Of a stretch of DNA of 64,000 nucleotides, positions 1 to 10,623 are shown one piece after another. Below the pieces are notes generated by a model. The model was not told where the DNA came from. It worked only from the letters and a program-made list of their open reading frames with translations, and ran no database searches. The position numbers and the translations under genes are program-made. Each line of letters begins with the position of its first letter. Position 1 is the first letter of the stretch. The DNA comes from an uncultured Chloroflexia bacterium (GTDB lineage: Bacteria > Chloroflexota > Limnocylindria > Limnocylindrales > CSP1-4): the NCBI GenBank assembly GCA_963831745.1, contig CAWHRD010000008.1, forward strand, positions 73,816-137,815, read 5' to 3'.

Positions 1-552
1 CTGGCCGGGATCGCCGGCGTGTTCGTCGGCTTCGGGGCGCTCATCGCCGTGCGGGGCGGGGGCGCGAGCGGCCGGGAGGAGGTGGCGGGGGTGCGCGGCG
101 TCGTGTCGATGGGGGCGCTCACGATCGTGGCCGCGCTCGCCCCGGTGACTCTCAGCCGCTATGAGCTCACGGAGCACCAGGTCTGGGCGCTGAGCGCCAT
201 GCTCGTCCTCGTCGGCCTCGTCGTCATGATCGGCGCCATGGCCAGGACAGCCGAGTACCGGGCGAACTGGTCGGCGGAGGTCGAGGCGACACGAACGGCA
301 CAGCGCCCGCGATGGCTGGTGGCCGTCGAGGGCGCGGCCTACGTGCTCCTCATGCTCGCGTGGGTGGTCATCCCGATCATCGTCGTGCTGGGCGTGGCCC
401 CCGGCCTCGAAGCCGCGCTTTACTTCACGGTCGTCGTGCTGAGCCTGGCCATGGCCGGGTGGACCCTGCTCGGCCTGGTGTACTTGCAGCGAGGCCCGTC
501 GGCGGAGTCCGACCGGGCGGCGTTGCCCACGACGGGCGGCGCGAGCGCCTGA
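1..552 (+). CDS. membrane protein, 5' end probably outside window
   Basis: Frame is open from base 1 (the track starts it at GTG 19). Several hydrophobic helices (LSAMLVLVGLVVMIGAM, AAYVLLMLAWVVIPIIVVLGV). No family recognised. Confidence 0.5.
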   Translation: MAGIAGVFVGFGALIAVRGGGASGREEVAGVRGVVSMGALTIVAALAPVTLSRYELTEHQVWALSAMLVLVGLVVMIGAMARTAEYRANWSAEVEATRTAQRPRWLVAVEGAAYVLLMLAWVVIPIIVVLGVAPGLEAALYFTVVVLSLAMAGWTLLGLVYLQRGPSAESDRAALPTTGGASA

Positions 553-1100
553 TCCGACACCGAGCGGCCCCGGTCGCCCCGCTTCTCCGCGTGCGACGAG
601 ACCTGATCTGCCCACGGGTGACCACCTGGTCAGAGGGTTCTCTCCGACACGCCCCCCGGACCTGACCACGACCTGTCCGGGTCCTGTCAACCATCCACGC
701 TCCGCCACCTGACGGAGACGGATGCGGCCGCGCTCCACGGATGACCGTCGCCGCGACCCTGGCGCGAGAAGTGGCGATCATCCACACAGGGATCGGCCTC
801 ATACGCCACCGGCCCCTCAATCTGGGACACCGCCCCACCTCGTCGCCTTCCCGTGCGCGAAGTCTCGGGGTGCCGGACGCCCGGAACGCCGGATCGTGCC
901 ACCCCGGAGCGCAGCAAACGTCGACGTGGGGGCCGTTCGACTCTCGTCAGATCGGTGACGCGCCCCTACGGTCAGCGGTTGGCGGGAGGCTCTGACGCGC
1001 GGCCCGCAACCCGGCCGCCGGGACCGCGCCGAGCCACTGGCGAGACCGACCCGTGCGTTCTCGAGCGCGCCTGGACACGCCAGGAGAAGGGGGACGGTCC

Positions 1101-4100
1101 ATGCTCGGCTCTCGCCCGACCAGCCCACGCAGGTCGCGTCCTCACGCCGTTGCCCTGGTGGCCGCCGCGGGCCTGATCTCCGCGACGCTCCTCCCCGGCA
1201 GTCCCGCTCCCTTCACGGCGCCCGCGACCCGGGCCGGAGGGGCGAAGCCGGCCTGCACGGCCGAGCAGGTCAAGCCGAACCTGGGCGACTTCATGGTGAA
1301 CCAGGGCCTCAACTACCCGATCCTCAATCGCGGCAAGCAGACGCTCGTGCGGTTCTTCCTCCGGATGCCGACGACCTGCTCCACCTCCTCCGCGATCACG
1401 ATGGCGGGAGCGAGCCTCACCGTGACGCTGACGTACGGGTTGTCCACGATCACGTCGAGCCCCCTCGGCCCGATCCAGGTCGTTGCCGGCACCCTCACGT
1501 CGGGGCTCCAGTCGAACGCGGCGTCCGACCCGCTCTTCCTGGTGCCCGCCAGTGTCCTCACCCCGCCCGCCTCGTGGACGTCGTCGTTCAAGGCGAGCTT
1601 CACGGCGACGGTTGCCTACAAGGTCGGGACCGACACGACTCCGAGGAGCCTGGCGCTCACGACCGGGCCGACCGGCCTCCCGCTCGAGGCCCAGTTCGAG
1701 CCGAAGACGAGCGCCCTGCGGATTCTCGTCGTGCCGATGGGCGACGCGAGCTCGACCGCGACGCAGTTCTCGGGCGCCGCCCAGGCCGCCGTCCAGAACG
1801 CGCTGCTCGACCTGTCCCGAATGGGTCCGTTCCCCGATGGGACCGGCGATCTCGCTTCGATGGCGACCGGGGGTGTTCGGTTCAGCATCGACCCCGGCCT
1901 CATGGACATCGGCCCCAAGAGCCCCAGCCCGGCGATTCCGACTTCCGGGAAGTCCTTCTGCGGCTCCGCGTCGAACTTCGCGGCGATCAGCAGTGCCCTA
2001 GCCGCTCGCCTGCAGAACTACAACCTCCTGAACCCGAACGCCCAGGCCGACCGAGTCCTTGGCGTGGTTGACGCAGCGATCAGCACCGGCGCGACCGGCG
2101 GCTGCGACGAAGGCCGGGCGGCCGTGCCAAGCGGCGGCAAGTCGGCGGTCGCCGCCTGGGTCCGGGCCGTCCCGGACGGCACGTCACCCTCGCAGACCGG
2201 CTCGGTCCTCGCGCAGGAGTTCCTCCACACGTTCGGGGGGTGCGCTTCGGCGTCGTCGTCCGACTCGCGCTGCCGCCCCGGCACCTACCACTCCACGACG
2301 ACGACGGACTTCTCGAACCTGCGCGGCTACAACCTGGCCTCCCGGGCGTGGCTGAGCAAGCCCCCGACCATCATGCGGTTCAACTCGGTCGCGTCCGTCT
2401 GGAACCGGACGACGACGCTGTACGAGACGTCTGACTACCTGCTCTTCTCGTGCATCCTGACGCCAAACTTCATCCTCCCGGCCGGCTATTCGAGCATCCC
2501 CGGGTGCACGAGCACGACAACGGGCTCGGCCGGGACAAGCTCGGGGGTCCCGGCCGGCCCCACGTTCTTCCTGAGCGGCTCCACCGACGGGGTGGGCACC
2601 GAGACCGCGTGCCCCGTAACGCCGGGCGGGACGACCGCCAGGTACCAGGCTCCCGGGACGACAGTATTCGACTCCTTCTACGGGTCGACGAGCGCCGACC
2701 TCAACGGTCAGGTCGACCCCGGTAGCCAGTACCGGCTGCGCTACTACGACGCGAGCGGCGCCCAGCTCGCCGACTTCGGCGTACCCACCGGATCATCCAA
2801 CGCGCAGCTCGACATGGGGAGCACGACGGCATCCCCCGGCCGGACGACCTTCTCGGCCGCGTTCGAATGGGACGTGTCGACGACTGACGTCGAGCAGGTC
2901 CGCCTGGTCCGGACGGGCGCGGGCGGCTCCGCCGCGGTTCTCTGGTGCCGCAACCGCACGGATCCTCCGGAGATCACGAGCGTGCTCTCGACGGGCGCGG
3001 ACGTTTCGCCGTGCCCCGACATCGGCACCGGCGGCCTCATCGCCTTCATCGACACCGACGTTCCGGGCGGCGCCGGCCCGACGAGCATCTGGGCCACCCG
3101 GTGCGGTACCGATCGCCGCCTGATCTGGCACAACCCGGGGCCGCAGGACCTTGACTACCCGGTCTGGTCACCGGACGGCTCGCGCCTCGCCTACTACGAC
3201 TGGAACCACGAGTCCTGGCGCGTGATCGACGCCGACGGTTCCGGAGAGCACGGTGTCGGTGCCTCGCCGGGGCTGCCGCACTACCTGAGGCTGACGTGGT
3301 CCCCGGACGGAACGAAGGTCGCCTACCTCGCCAGCGTCGACGAGTCAGGCAGCACGGTCCGGATCGTCGACGGCGCGAGCGGGGCCGTCGTCACGGACGT
3401 CACCTTCCCGGGCGACCCCGCCTACTCGCTCGACTGGTCGCCCGACGGTACGGAGTTCGCCTACGCCCTCGTCTGGGTCGCGAATGTCGACGGGTCGGGG
3501 ATCCCCACGCAAGTCGCGAACCTGGACGAGCTGGGGCTCACGGTCGCCGGCTTCGACAAGTGGTCGCCCGACGGGCGGCAGATTGCCCTGGCCGGCAACG
3601 ACGCCGAGAACAGCTACATCGTGCTCGCGTCTGTCGACGATGGTTCGATCACGACGATCGCGTCCTCGGCGGCTCCGGCTGGTTACCCGGAGGGCTTCCA
3701 GCGCCCGACCTGGTCGGCCGACGGAGCGAACATCCTCGCCGGCCGATTGGTGGGATCGACGAACCAGATCGTCTCGCTGCAGCTCGACAACCCTGAGCAA
3801 GCCCCGCACATCGTGATCGACGGCGTGGCGTCGCCGTACGCCAGCTGGGGGCCCGTGACGGCCGGGGCCCTCGGGACGATCTCGACGCCGACTCCAGACG
3901 ACGTGACCATGACCCTCACGTACTCGTGCCCCGGTACCGGGCAGGTCTTCCCGGTCGCGATCGGGATCCCTTCGTCGAAGGTGGGTGAAACGGAGGCGCA
4001 GTTCAACGCGACGTTTGATCCCACGCAGGCCTGCGCCGGCGGAACGCTAGAGGTCATCGCGAAGGATGGCTTCTCGGCCTCGGAGCCGGCTCCGATCGGC

Positions 4101-5072
4101 GCGCTTGCGTTGACACCGTCTCCGCCGGTCGTCGCGATCGACAACCCGATCGGCGGCCGCGCCTACGGCCCGACCGAGACGGTGGCGCTCCAGGGCCGGG
4201 CCATCGATCCCGAGACCGGGAGCCTGTGCGAATCCACGCCGTCGCCTTGCGCCTGGCGGCTCAAGAGCGGCACTACCACCGTCGACCTCCCCGTGCCCGG
4301 CCCGGCCGTCGACCTGCTCCCCGGGGATCCGATCCTGGCGGCGTTCATGAACGGCTCGGAGTGGAAGCCAGGGGCATACACGGCGACCCTTTCGGTGACC
4401 GGCAGCTCTGGAGAGGCCACGGCGGCGTCCGCAGCGTTCACCGTTGCGTTCCCGCCACTCGTGACCGTCAGCGGGGTGACCGACGGCGCGGTTTATCGGC
4501 TCGGCGCCGTGCCAAGGGCCGGCTGTCGGACCACCGACGGCGGCTCAGGCTTCGCCGCGCGGGCGACCGTGGCCCAGACGGGGGGGAACGGCAACGGAGT
4601 CGGTCTCTACACGGCCACTTGCGCCGGTGCCACGTCGGCGACAAGGCCGCCGGTGACGGCAGCACCCGTCTCGGTCACCTTCGCGGTCCAGTACACCGGC
4701 GTGAGCGGCGTCCTGCAGCCGATCAACCCGGACAACACGAGCATCTTCAACCGGAACCGGGTCGTGCCGGTGCGGTTCCGGATCGACGGCAGCCCGCGGG
4801 CGACCGGCTTCGCCACGGCCACGTGGACCCTCGTGCCGCAGCAGGTGTCCTGCCAGGCATTCAACCAGGCCAGGGCCGTCGTCGAGCAGGTCCTGCCGAG
4901 CACGCCGTCGAACACCTTCCGCTGGTACACGTGCGGCCAGGAGTACATCCACAACGCCAAGATCGACACCCTGCCGGGCGGGACCTGCTGGGTGTTCAAG
5001 ATCACGCTCGACGACGGCTCGACGCTGTGGCCTCCGACCGTCGTCACATCCCCGATCTTCAAGACGAGATGA
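1101..5072 (+). CDS. large secreted multidomain protein with TolB-like beta-propeller repeats
   Basis: ATG 1101 follows GGAGAAGGGGGA. Signal-like HAVALVAAAGLISATLL. Five WSPDG/WSADG propeller blades mid-protein (WSPDGSRLAYY, WSPDGTKVAYL, WSPDGTEFAY, WSPDGRQIAL, WSADGANIL). Ig-like C-terminal part. The long N-terminal region is unrecognised. Confidence 0.75.
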   Translation: MLGSRPTSPRRSRPHAVALVAAAGLISATLLPGSPAPFTAPATRAGGAKPACTAEQVKPNLGDFMVNQGLNYPILNRGKQTLVRFFLRMPTTCSTSSAITMAGASLTVTLTYGLSTITSSPLGPIQVVAGTLTSGLQSNAASDPLFLVPASVLTPPASWTSSFKASFTATVAYKVGTDTTPRSLALTTGPTGLPLEAQFEPKTSALRILVVPMGDASSTATQFSGAAQAAVQNALLDLSRMGPFPDGTGDLASMATGGVRFSIDPGLMDIGPKSPSPAIPTSGKSFCGSASNFAAISSALAARLQNYNLLNPNAQADRVLGVVDAAISTGATGGCDEGRAAVPSGGKSAVAAWVRAVPDGTSPSQTGSVLAQEFLHTFGGCASASSSDSRCRPGTYHSTTTTDFSNLRGYNLASRAWLSKPPTIMRFNSVASVWNRTTTLYETSDYLLFSCILTPNFILPAGYSSIPGCTSTTTGSAGTSSGVPAGPTFFLSGSTDGVGTETACPVTPGGTTARYQAPGTTVFDSFYGSTSADLNGQVDPGSQYRLRYYDASGAQLADFGVPTGSSNAQLDMGSTTASPGRTTFSAAFEWDVSTTDVEQVRLVRTGAGGSAAVLWCRNRTDPPEITSVLSTGADVSPCPDIGTGGLIAFIDTDVPGGAGPTSIWATRCGTDRRLIWHNPGPQDLDYPVWSPDGSRLAYYDWNHESWRVIDADGSGEHGVGASPGLPHYLRLTWSPDGTKVAYLASVDESGSTVRIVDGASGAVVTDVTFPGDPAYSLDWSPDGTEFAYALVWVANVDGSGIPTQVANLDELGLTVAGFDKWSPDGRQIALAGNDAENSYIVLASVDDGSITTIASSAAPAGYPEGFQRPTWSADGANILAGRLVGSTNQIVSLQLDNPEQAPHIVIDGVASPYASWGPVTAGALGTISTPTPDDVTMTLTYSCPGTGQVFPVAIGIPSSKVGETEAQFNATFDPTQACAGGTLEVIAKDGFSASEPAPIGALALTPSPPVVAIDNPIGGRAYGPTETVALQGRAIDPETGSLCESTPSPCAWRLKSGTTTVDLPVPGPAVDLLPGDPILAAFMNGSEWKPGAYTATLSVTGSSGEATAASAAFTVAFPPLVTVSGVTDGAVYRLGAVPRAGCRTTDGGSGFAARATVAQTGGNGNGVGLYTATCAGATSATRPPVTAAPVSVTFAVQYTGVSGVLQPINPDNTSIFNRNRVVPVRFRIDGSPRATGFATATWTLVPQQVSCQAFNQARAVVEQVLPSTPSNTFRWYTCGQEYIHNAKIDTLPGGTCWVFKITLDDGSTLWPPTVVTSPIFKTR

Positions 5073-5115
5073 GGCGCGTCGTGATCAACCACCACCACTG
5101 CAGGGAGGTCCCCAG

Positions 5116-5679
5116 GTGAAGAGACGAATCATCGGGCTCGCGGTGAGCGTGGCTCTCGGCCTTTCGCTGACGGTGACGCCGGCCATCGCGCACGGCGCTC
5201 CGGTCGGGCCGCCGCTGGCTCACCACCCGGGGCTCGGTCACGACTGCCCCGGGATTGTCTGGGGAGACGGCGTCTACTACGATCAGTACTGGCCGCCCCC
5301 GTTCCCCGATGACAAGCTGACGGGGTCGACCACGTACGTCAACTTCTACATCCACGTGGGTGACCTGGCGACCGACACGCCGACGGCGAGCTGCCGCCAG
5401 GCCTGGTACACGATCGCCGTCCTCCCTACCGACGCGGCGGGTGAGGTTCTCTCGAACCGTCCGATCTTCAGCCGGACCTGGAAGGGCGACGGGCTGACGT
5501 ACGAATACACGGCGGAGCACTACTTCAGGGTCCGCCCACCGGCGGGCCTCTGCGTGTACGCGACCTCTCAGATCGGCTCGAACGTCATCCACTACGCACC
5601 GTCCGACGATCCGACCGCTCGGTGCATGTGGCTCCAGCTCGACCCACCGAGCAACCCGGGCCGCACCTTCCGGGGCTGA
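5116..5679 (+). CDS. small secreted protein, unknown function
   Basis: Clear signal peptide MKRRIIGLAVSVALGLSLTVTPAIAHG. Lies 44 nt after the large secreted protein gene. Coding-like composition. Confidence 0.6.
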   Translation: MKRRIIGLAVSVALGLSLTVTPAIAHGAPVGPPLAHHPGLGHDCPGIVWGDGVYYDQYWPPPFPDDKLTGSTTYVNFYIHVGDLATDTPTASCRQAWYTIAVLPTDAAGEVLSNRPIFSRTWKGDGLTYEYTAEHYFRVRPPAGLCVYATSQIGSNVIHYAPSDDPTARCMWLQLDPPSNPGRTFRG

Positions 5680-5682
5680 CAG

Positions 5683-8600
5683 CTAGTCGCGACGGGGCGG
5701 CAGGTCCGCCCCGCCCGGATCCTCGAGCGAACGGATCCGCGCCTCGAGCGCGCGGGTCCGTTCCTCGCTTCCGGAGGCTCGCGCCGCCTCTACCCCGAGC
5801 CGAAGGGCATCGGCGGCTGTGGACGGCTCGCCGAGCTCGAGGAACCTCCGGGCTGCGTCCTCGGCGCGCTCGATCGCCCCGACGTGGTCGCCGCGCCGGA
5901 GCCGCTCGCGGGCGATGGTGAGGGTGACGTCGGCGGTGGTGGTCGGGTCGTCCAGCTCGGCCGCCAGCCGGAGGGCGTCGTCGGCCGACGCGAGCGCCCC
6001 GTCCAGCTCTCCGGCGGCGACGAGCGCCTCGGCCATGTTCGCGGTGGCGATCATCCGGCCGGACGCGTGGCCGACACGCTCGAACTCGGCGATCGCCCGC
6101 CGGTCGGCCTCGAGGGCGAGCCCAGGCTGCCCGAGCGCGAGCCGGACCACGCCGAGGTCGATGAGCGTGCCCCCGATCTCCTCGACCCCTCCGGTCCGCT
6201 CGGCGAGCCGGAGCGCGCCCTCGAGGATGGTCGCGGCCTCCTCCGGCCGTCCCCTCAGCCACTCGGCGCTACCGGTCGTCCGCAACGCCACCACGATGCC
6301 GCGCACGTCGTCGAACCGTCGCAGGATGGCCTCGGCCGTGCGAGCGTTTCGCAGGGCTGCGTCCTGGCTCTCCGGGGCGCGACGCTGGTGCTCGGCCGCG
6401 GCGAGCTCGAGGATGAGGCGGCCCGTCGTCCGGTCCGCGGTCTCCGCCAGCGTGGCGGTGGCGCCGGATTCGGCGAGGCCGGTTTCGGTCACGCCGATGC
6501 CCGCGAGCGCGAGGCCGGCCTCGGCCGCCCGGGCCGCCTCCGCGAACCGGCCGGCGAACAGCAGGGTCGACGCTCGCTCGAGGTGGATCTCTCGCCGATC
6601 GGCCTCGGGCGGCAGCTCGCGCTCGGCCTCGTCGAGGAGCCCGAGCGCTTCCGCGTACGACCCCTGGCGCCGTCGGACGGTGGCCAGCCCTCGCCAGGCC
6701 CGGAGGTCGTTGGCCGAGGTCCGGACCTCGGCGTAGAGGACCGCCGCCTGCTCGTAGTCGCCGCGCAGGTCGTGGAGGTCGCCGAGCGAGAGCAGGATCT
6801 CGGGGAGCTGCTCGAATGCATCCGGCGTCGTCCGGGCGATCTCGACGGCCCGCGCGAAGCCGAGGATCGCCTCGTCGTTGGCGAAGAGGCCGCGGGCCTT
6901 TGCCGCCGACCGGACGAGGGCGACGATGGCCCGGGCTCCCGCGTGCGCCAGGTAGAGGTGCCGCGCGAGGAGGTCGATCGCGTCATCCCCCGAGCCGTAC
7001 AGGGCCTCGACGGCATCCGCGGTCCGAAGGTGGAGCTCCCGGCGCTGGCGCCGCAGGAGCCGCCCGTAGGCGACGTCCTGGACGAGCGCGTGGTGGAAGG
7101 CCAGGACCTCGCCCGCCTCCTCCTGCGGGCGATCGAGGAAGCCGCCCGCGACGAGCTCCACGATCCTCTCGTCGAGCGACTCCGGCTCGTCCGCGATGGC
7201 GCGCAGCAGCGGCCGCCGGATCCACCGGCCGATGATCGATGCCTCCTGCAGGAGGTGAGCGGTGCCGGGCGACAGCCGATCGATCCGCGCGCCGAGGATC
7301 TCCTCGATCGTCTCGGGGACCGCGTCGATCTCCCAGTCCCGGGCGAGGCGCCACCCACCGGCGTCAGCTGCCAGGGTGCCCGCCTCGCGGAGGGCACGCA
7401 CCGACTCGGTCACGAAGTAGGGGTTGCCGCCGGTCCGGTCGGCGAGAGCGCGCGCCAGGAGGTCCGGCGGCTCCCCGCCGAGGAGCCTGCGCACCAGGCC
7501 CTCCACGTCCGCCAACGGCAGCGGGGCCAGGGCGAGGTCGAGGCGTCGCGATCCCCCCGCCACGCCGCGAGCGATCACGGAGGCGGCGATCTCGACGCCT
7601 TCCGGGCGGGTGGTCAGGCAGAGCAGGAGCGGTGATCTCCCGGCCCGGCCGGCCACGTCACGGAGCAGATCCAGCGAGGCCGCATCGATCCACTGGACGT
7701 CCTCGACCAGCAGGGCGATCGACCGGCCGCGGCCCTGGCGCAGGAGCCAGTCACAGAACGCGTCGTGCAGAGCACGCTTCAACGCCTCCGGCTCCAGGCG
7801 CGCTGCCGCGTCGGTCGCGTCGTCGGAGCCGCCGGGAGCCGCAGGCACGCCGGCGAGCCGCGCGAGGTACGGAAGGATGCTCGCCCCCTCGCCGGCCAGT
7901 GACGCGGCGAGCGCCGCGCCCACCCGCCCCGGCGGGTCGTCGGGGTCGATCCCCGCCTCGGCGCGGACGAGGCCCGCCCACGGGTGGTAGGGAAGCGTCG
8001 CCCCGTATGACAGGCAGCGCGTCGAGAGGACCCGCAACGGGCCCGCCTTCAACCGTCGGCGAAACGCATCCAGGAGCGTCGTCTTCCCGGCTCCCGGCTC
8101 GCCCGAAACGACGGCCACCACGCCCGTCGGTGAGCCGAGCCGGACCACGAGCCCTTTCAGTGCCCGGAGCTCGGCGTCCCGCCCGACGAGCTCGGGTGGC
8201 CGGGCACCTGCGACGGTCGGGATGCCGGCCGCCCTGCCGAGCAGGCGCCACGCCGGCACCGGCGTGTCCCTGCCCTTGACCGCGAGGGGCGCGATGGGCT
8301 CGAAGACGAAGCGGTCCCGGGCAAGCGCGACGGTGGCCTCGCCGACGTAGGTCTCGCCGGGCGGCGCATGCGACTCGAGGCGCTGCGCCAGGATCACCGC
8401 GTCGCCGAGGACGCCGTAGTCCACCCGCGCCTCGCTGCCGATGATCCGGGCGATCCCGTGGCCCGAGCTGACCCCGATGTGGAGCCCGAGGTCACGGGCC
8501 GGCGACGGGAGCTCGTGGCGCACTCGGCCCAGCTCCTGGTGCATCTCCATCGCGGTGAGGAGCGCCCGTTCGGCGTCGTCCTCGTGCGCGGTCGGAGCCC

Positions 8601-9003
8601 CGAAGACCGCCAGGAGCGCGTCGCCGGCAAACTTCTCGACGTAGGCGCCGTTGCGGCCGGCGACGCTTGTGAGCCTCGCGACGATCGGGTCGACGATCTC
8701 CAGCAGGTCCTCGGCGTCGACCTGCTGGGCCAGGGCGGTGAACCCCGAAATGTCGGCGAAGAGCGCCGTGACGAGCCGACGCTCGTCGGGGAGGTCTCGG
8801 TCCGCCGTGGCGATCCCAGCAGGGACACGTGCGCCGACGAGGGTCCGAGGGCGCTCGGAATCCGCCTCGAGCCGCTCGCCGGCTTCTCCGGCCTCGACCG
8901 GTGGAACGGACGGAGGCTGCGCACGGGCCGCAAGCAGAGAGCCGCAGTCGCCGCAGAAACGCTTGTCGACCGGGTCGTCGGCCCCGCACACCGGACAGGT
9001 CAT
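5683..9003 (-). CDS. adenylate/guanylate cyclase fused to AAA ATPase and TPR-like region (STAND-type signalling protein)
   Basis: N-terminal zinc ribbon CPVCG..CGDCG. Class III cyclase motifs LVTALFADISGFTAL and YVEKFAGDALLAVFG. Walker A GEPGAGKTTLL. Long helical-repeat C-terminus. No LuxR HTH seen. Confidence 0.85.
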   Translation of the reverse strand: MTCPVCGADDPVDKRFCGDCGSLLAARAQPPSVPPVEAGEAGERLEADSERPRTLVGARVPAGIATADRDLPDERRLVTALFADISGFTALAQQVDAEDLLEIVDPIVARLTSVAGRNGAYVEKFAGDALLAVFGAPTAHEDDAERALLTAMEMHQELGRVRHELPSPARDLGLHIGVSSGHGIARIIGSEARVDYGVLGDAVILAQRLESHAPPGETYVGEATVALARDRFVFEPIAPLAVKGRDTPVPAWRLLGRAAGIPTVAGARPPELVGRDAELRALKGLVVRLGSPTGVVAVVSGEPGAGKTTLLDAFRRRLKAGPLRVLSTRCLSYGATLPYHPWAGLVRAEAGIDPDDPPGRVGAALAASLAGEGASILPYLARLAGVPAAPGGSDDATDAAARLEPEALKRALHDAFCDWLLRQGRGRSIALLVEDVQWIDAASLDLLRDVAGRAGRSPLLLCLTTRPEGVEIAASVIARGVAGGSRRLDLALAPLPLADVEGLVRRLLGGEPPDLLARALADRTGGNPYFVTESVRALREAGTLAADAGGWRLARDWEIDAVPETIEEILGARIDRLSPGTAHLLQEASIIGRWIRRPLLRAIADEPESLDERIVELVAGGFLDRPQEEAGEVLAFHHALVQDVAYGRLLRRQRRELHLRTADAVEALYGSGDDAIDLLARHLYLAHAGARAIVALVRSAAKARGLFANDEAILGFARAVEIARTTPDAFEQLPEILLSLGDLHDLRGDYEQAAVLYAEVRTSANDLRAWRGLATVRRRQGSYAEALGLLDEAERELPPEADRREIHLERASTLLFAGRFAEAARAAEAGLALAGIGVTETGLAESGATATLAETADRTTGRLILELAAAEHQRRAPESQDAALRNARTAEAILRRFDDVRGIVVALRTTGSAEWLRGRPEEAATILEGALRLAERTGGVEEIGGTLIDLGVVRLALGQPGLALEADRRAIAEFERVGHASGRMIATANMAEALVAAGELDGALASADDALRLAAELDDPTTTADVTLTIARERLRRGDHVGAIERAEDAARRFLELGEPSTAADALRLGVEAARASGSEERTRALEARIRSLEDPGGADLPPRRD

Positions 9004-9105
9004 GACAACGGCGCACCTCTGCGCTGGACGATACCTCTTCGTCTGCCCCTCCGGGACCCTGGCCCAGGTCGATGGCCGGACCCGAAGCCGCCGCGGCCGC
9101 GTCGG

Positions 9106-9723
9106 TCAGGCGCGGCCCGTCTCTGGATTCTCGCCGGCGGCCAGGACGAACGCCGCCACGCGGTCCAGCGCGTCGTCCAGGACCGAGGCCAGCCCGTGCC
9201 CCAGCCGGGGGTACGTGACCAGCTCGGCCGCCGGCAGCCGTTCCGCCACGGCGCGCTCCAGCAGGGCGGGAGTCGCGAAGGGGTCGGACGTCCCGGAGAG
9301 CAGGATCACGGGGCACGAGATCCGGGGCCAGTGGGCGGTCCGGGCGTCCCAGTCGTCGGCGCGACCGGGCGCGTGCAGCGGGTAGGACAGCAGGACGAGC
9401 GCCCGCGGTGGGCGCCCGGCGTCGCAGGCCTCGGCCGCGGCCAGGCTGGCGACCCGCCCGCCGAACGAGTGGCCGCCGAGCGCGATCCCCGGATCGGCCG
9501 CCAGGATCGCCGCGAAGACGGGGATCGCGCGCTCGGCGCGGCCGCGCGGCAGGTCGACGGCCCGGGCGTCGATCTCGCGGGCCCGCAGGCCGGCGACGTG
9601 GGGTGCCATCGTCGCCGCGCTCCCGGACGCGCCGTGCCCGAGCACGAGGACCGGGCCCGGATGTGCAGCCGGCGCGAGGTCCGGCTCGCCGGCGTGGGTC
9701 AGGTCGGCGCGCGGGCGACTCAT
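9106..9723 (-). CDS. alpha/beta hydrolase
   Basis: ATG at 9723 (MSRPRADL) forms an ATGA overlap with the upstream gene's stop. Motifs LVLGHGASG, GGHSFGG nucleophile elbow, LLSGTSDPF. The upstream part of the 348-aa track ORF is Arg-rich junk. Confidence 0.7.
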   Translation of the reverse strand: MSRPRADLTHAGEPDLAPAAHPGPVLVLGHGASGSAATMAPHVAGLRAREIDARAVDLPRGRAERAIPVFAAILAADPGIALGGHSFGGRVASLAAAEACDAGRPPRALVLLSYPLHAPGRADDWDARTAHWPRISCPVILLSGTSDPFATPALLERAVAERLPAAELVTYPRLGHGLASVLDDALDRVAAFVLAAGENPETGRA

Positions 9724-10613
9724 GCCGTGGGTGCGTCCGGCGAAGCCGGTGTCCCGCCGCCGCTCGCGAGTGGCTCGAGCGCGAGCGACTCGCCGCCGGC
9801 GGCCCGGACGGGCACAGCCGAGCCGGGAGCCGACCAGTACGCGCTGCCCGGGCCGACGACGCGCCACGCGGGCCGTCCATGGTCGTCGGTCGTGCGCAGG
9901 ACGCCGGTCCGCTCCTCGAGGCCGAGGCGCCCGATCGGCCCGGCCTCGGCGGGGACCTGATCGCCGAAGGTGCCCGCCCAGCCACCCCGCGCGACCCGCT
10001 CTGCGTGCGGCACCACGACGAGCCCCGGGACGAGGCCGAGCGCGCGGCGCCAGCCGGCCGGCGTCCACGTCCAGTCGGCGAGGACCATCGCGCCCGCGCT
10101 GGCACCGGCCACGACCGCCCCGCGCGCGAGGGCCGCGAGGATCGCGCGCCATGCCGCCGAGCCGTCGAGGATCGCGAGCAGCCGGCCGGGATCGCCGCCC
10201 GGGAGGTGGACGAGGTCGGCGCCGGCCAGGCGGCCCGCGAGGGCCGCGGAGCCGGCACTCGCCGCGTCGACGACCATCACCGCCTCTGGCCGGGCCGGGA
10301 TCCCGGCGTCGCGGGCGACGTCCCGGAAGGCCTCGACGCCGTGCCGGGCGGCGAGCTCCGGTCGCTGGCCCGCCGCGGCGGCGGGCACGATCGCGATCCG
10401 GAGGGCGAGCAGGTCGTCCGGCGGTAAGCCGCGACTCGCCGAGGCGTCCGGCGGTAAGCCGTCACGCGCCGGGGCGTGGGTCTGGGCGGCCGCGCAGGCC
10501 GCCGCGCGCGCGGCGGCCGCGGGTCGGTCGGCCTCCAGGCAGGCGCGCAGGAACGCCTCGTCGCCGGGCAGGAACTCGCCGCCGCCGTGGAGCGCGATCG
10601 TCCCGGGCGTCAA
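9720..10613 (-). CDS. peptidase S51 / cyanophycinase-like (type 1 glutamine amidotransferase-like fold)
   Basis: MTPGTIALHGGGEF start, VHLPGGDPGRLL, and GASAGAMVLADW are typical of the S51 family as I remember it. Confidence 0.6.
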   Translation of the reverse strand: MTPGTIALHGGGEFLPGDEAFLRACLEADRPAAAARAAACAAAQTHAPARDGLPPDASASRGLPPDDLLALRIAIVPAAAAGQRPELAARHGVEAFRDVARDAGIPARPEAVMVVDAASAGSAALAGRLAGADLVHLPGGDPGRLLAILDGSAAWRAILAALARGAVVAGASAGAMVLADWTWTPAGWRRALGLVPGLVVVPHAERVARGGWAGTFGDQVPAEAGPIGRLGLEERTGVLRTTDDHGRPAWRVVGPGSAYWSAPGSAVPVRAAGGESLALEPLASGGGTPASPDAPTA

Positions 10614-10623
10614 GGTCGCGGGC

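Noticed and set aside
553-1100. Long non-coding leader examined for a riboswitch or small RNA
   Set aside because: No conserved riboswitch core or convincing terminator/antiterminator pair could be identified by eye. All overlapping track ORFs are short and compositionally non-coding.
5884-10258. Multiple long overlapping ORFs (5884..7635 +, 6489..7397 -, 7239..8279 +, 8368..9960 +, 8492..10258 -)
   Set aside because: All overlap the cyclase-STAND gene, the hydrolase or the S51 peptidase in other frames. Their composition is dominated by R, P, G and A, and no recognisable domains are present.
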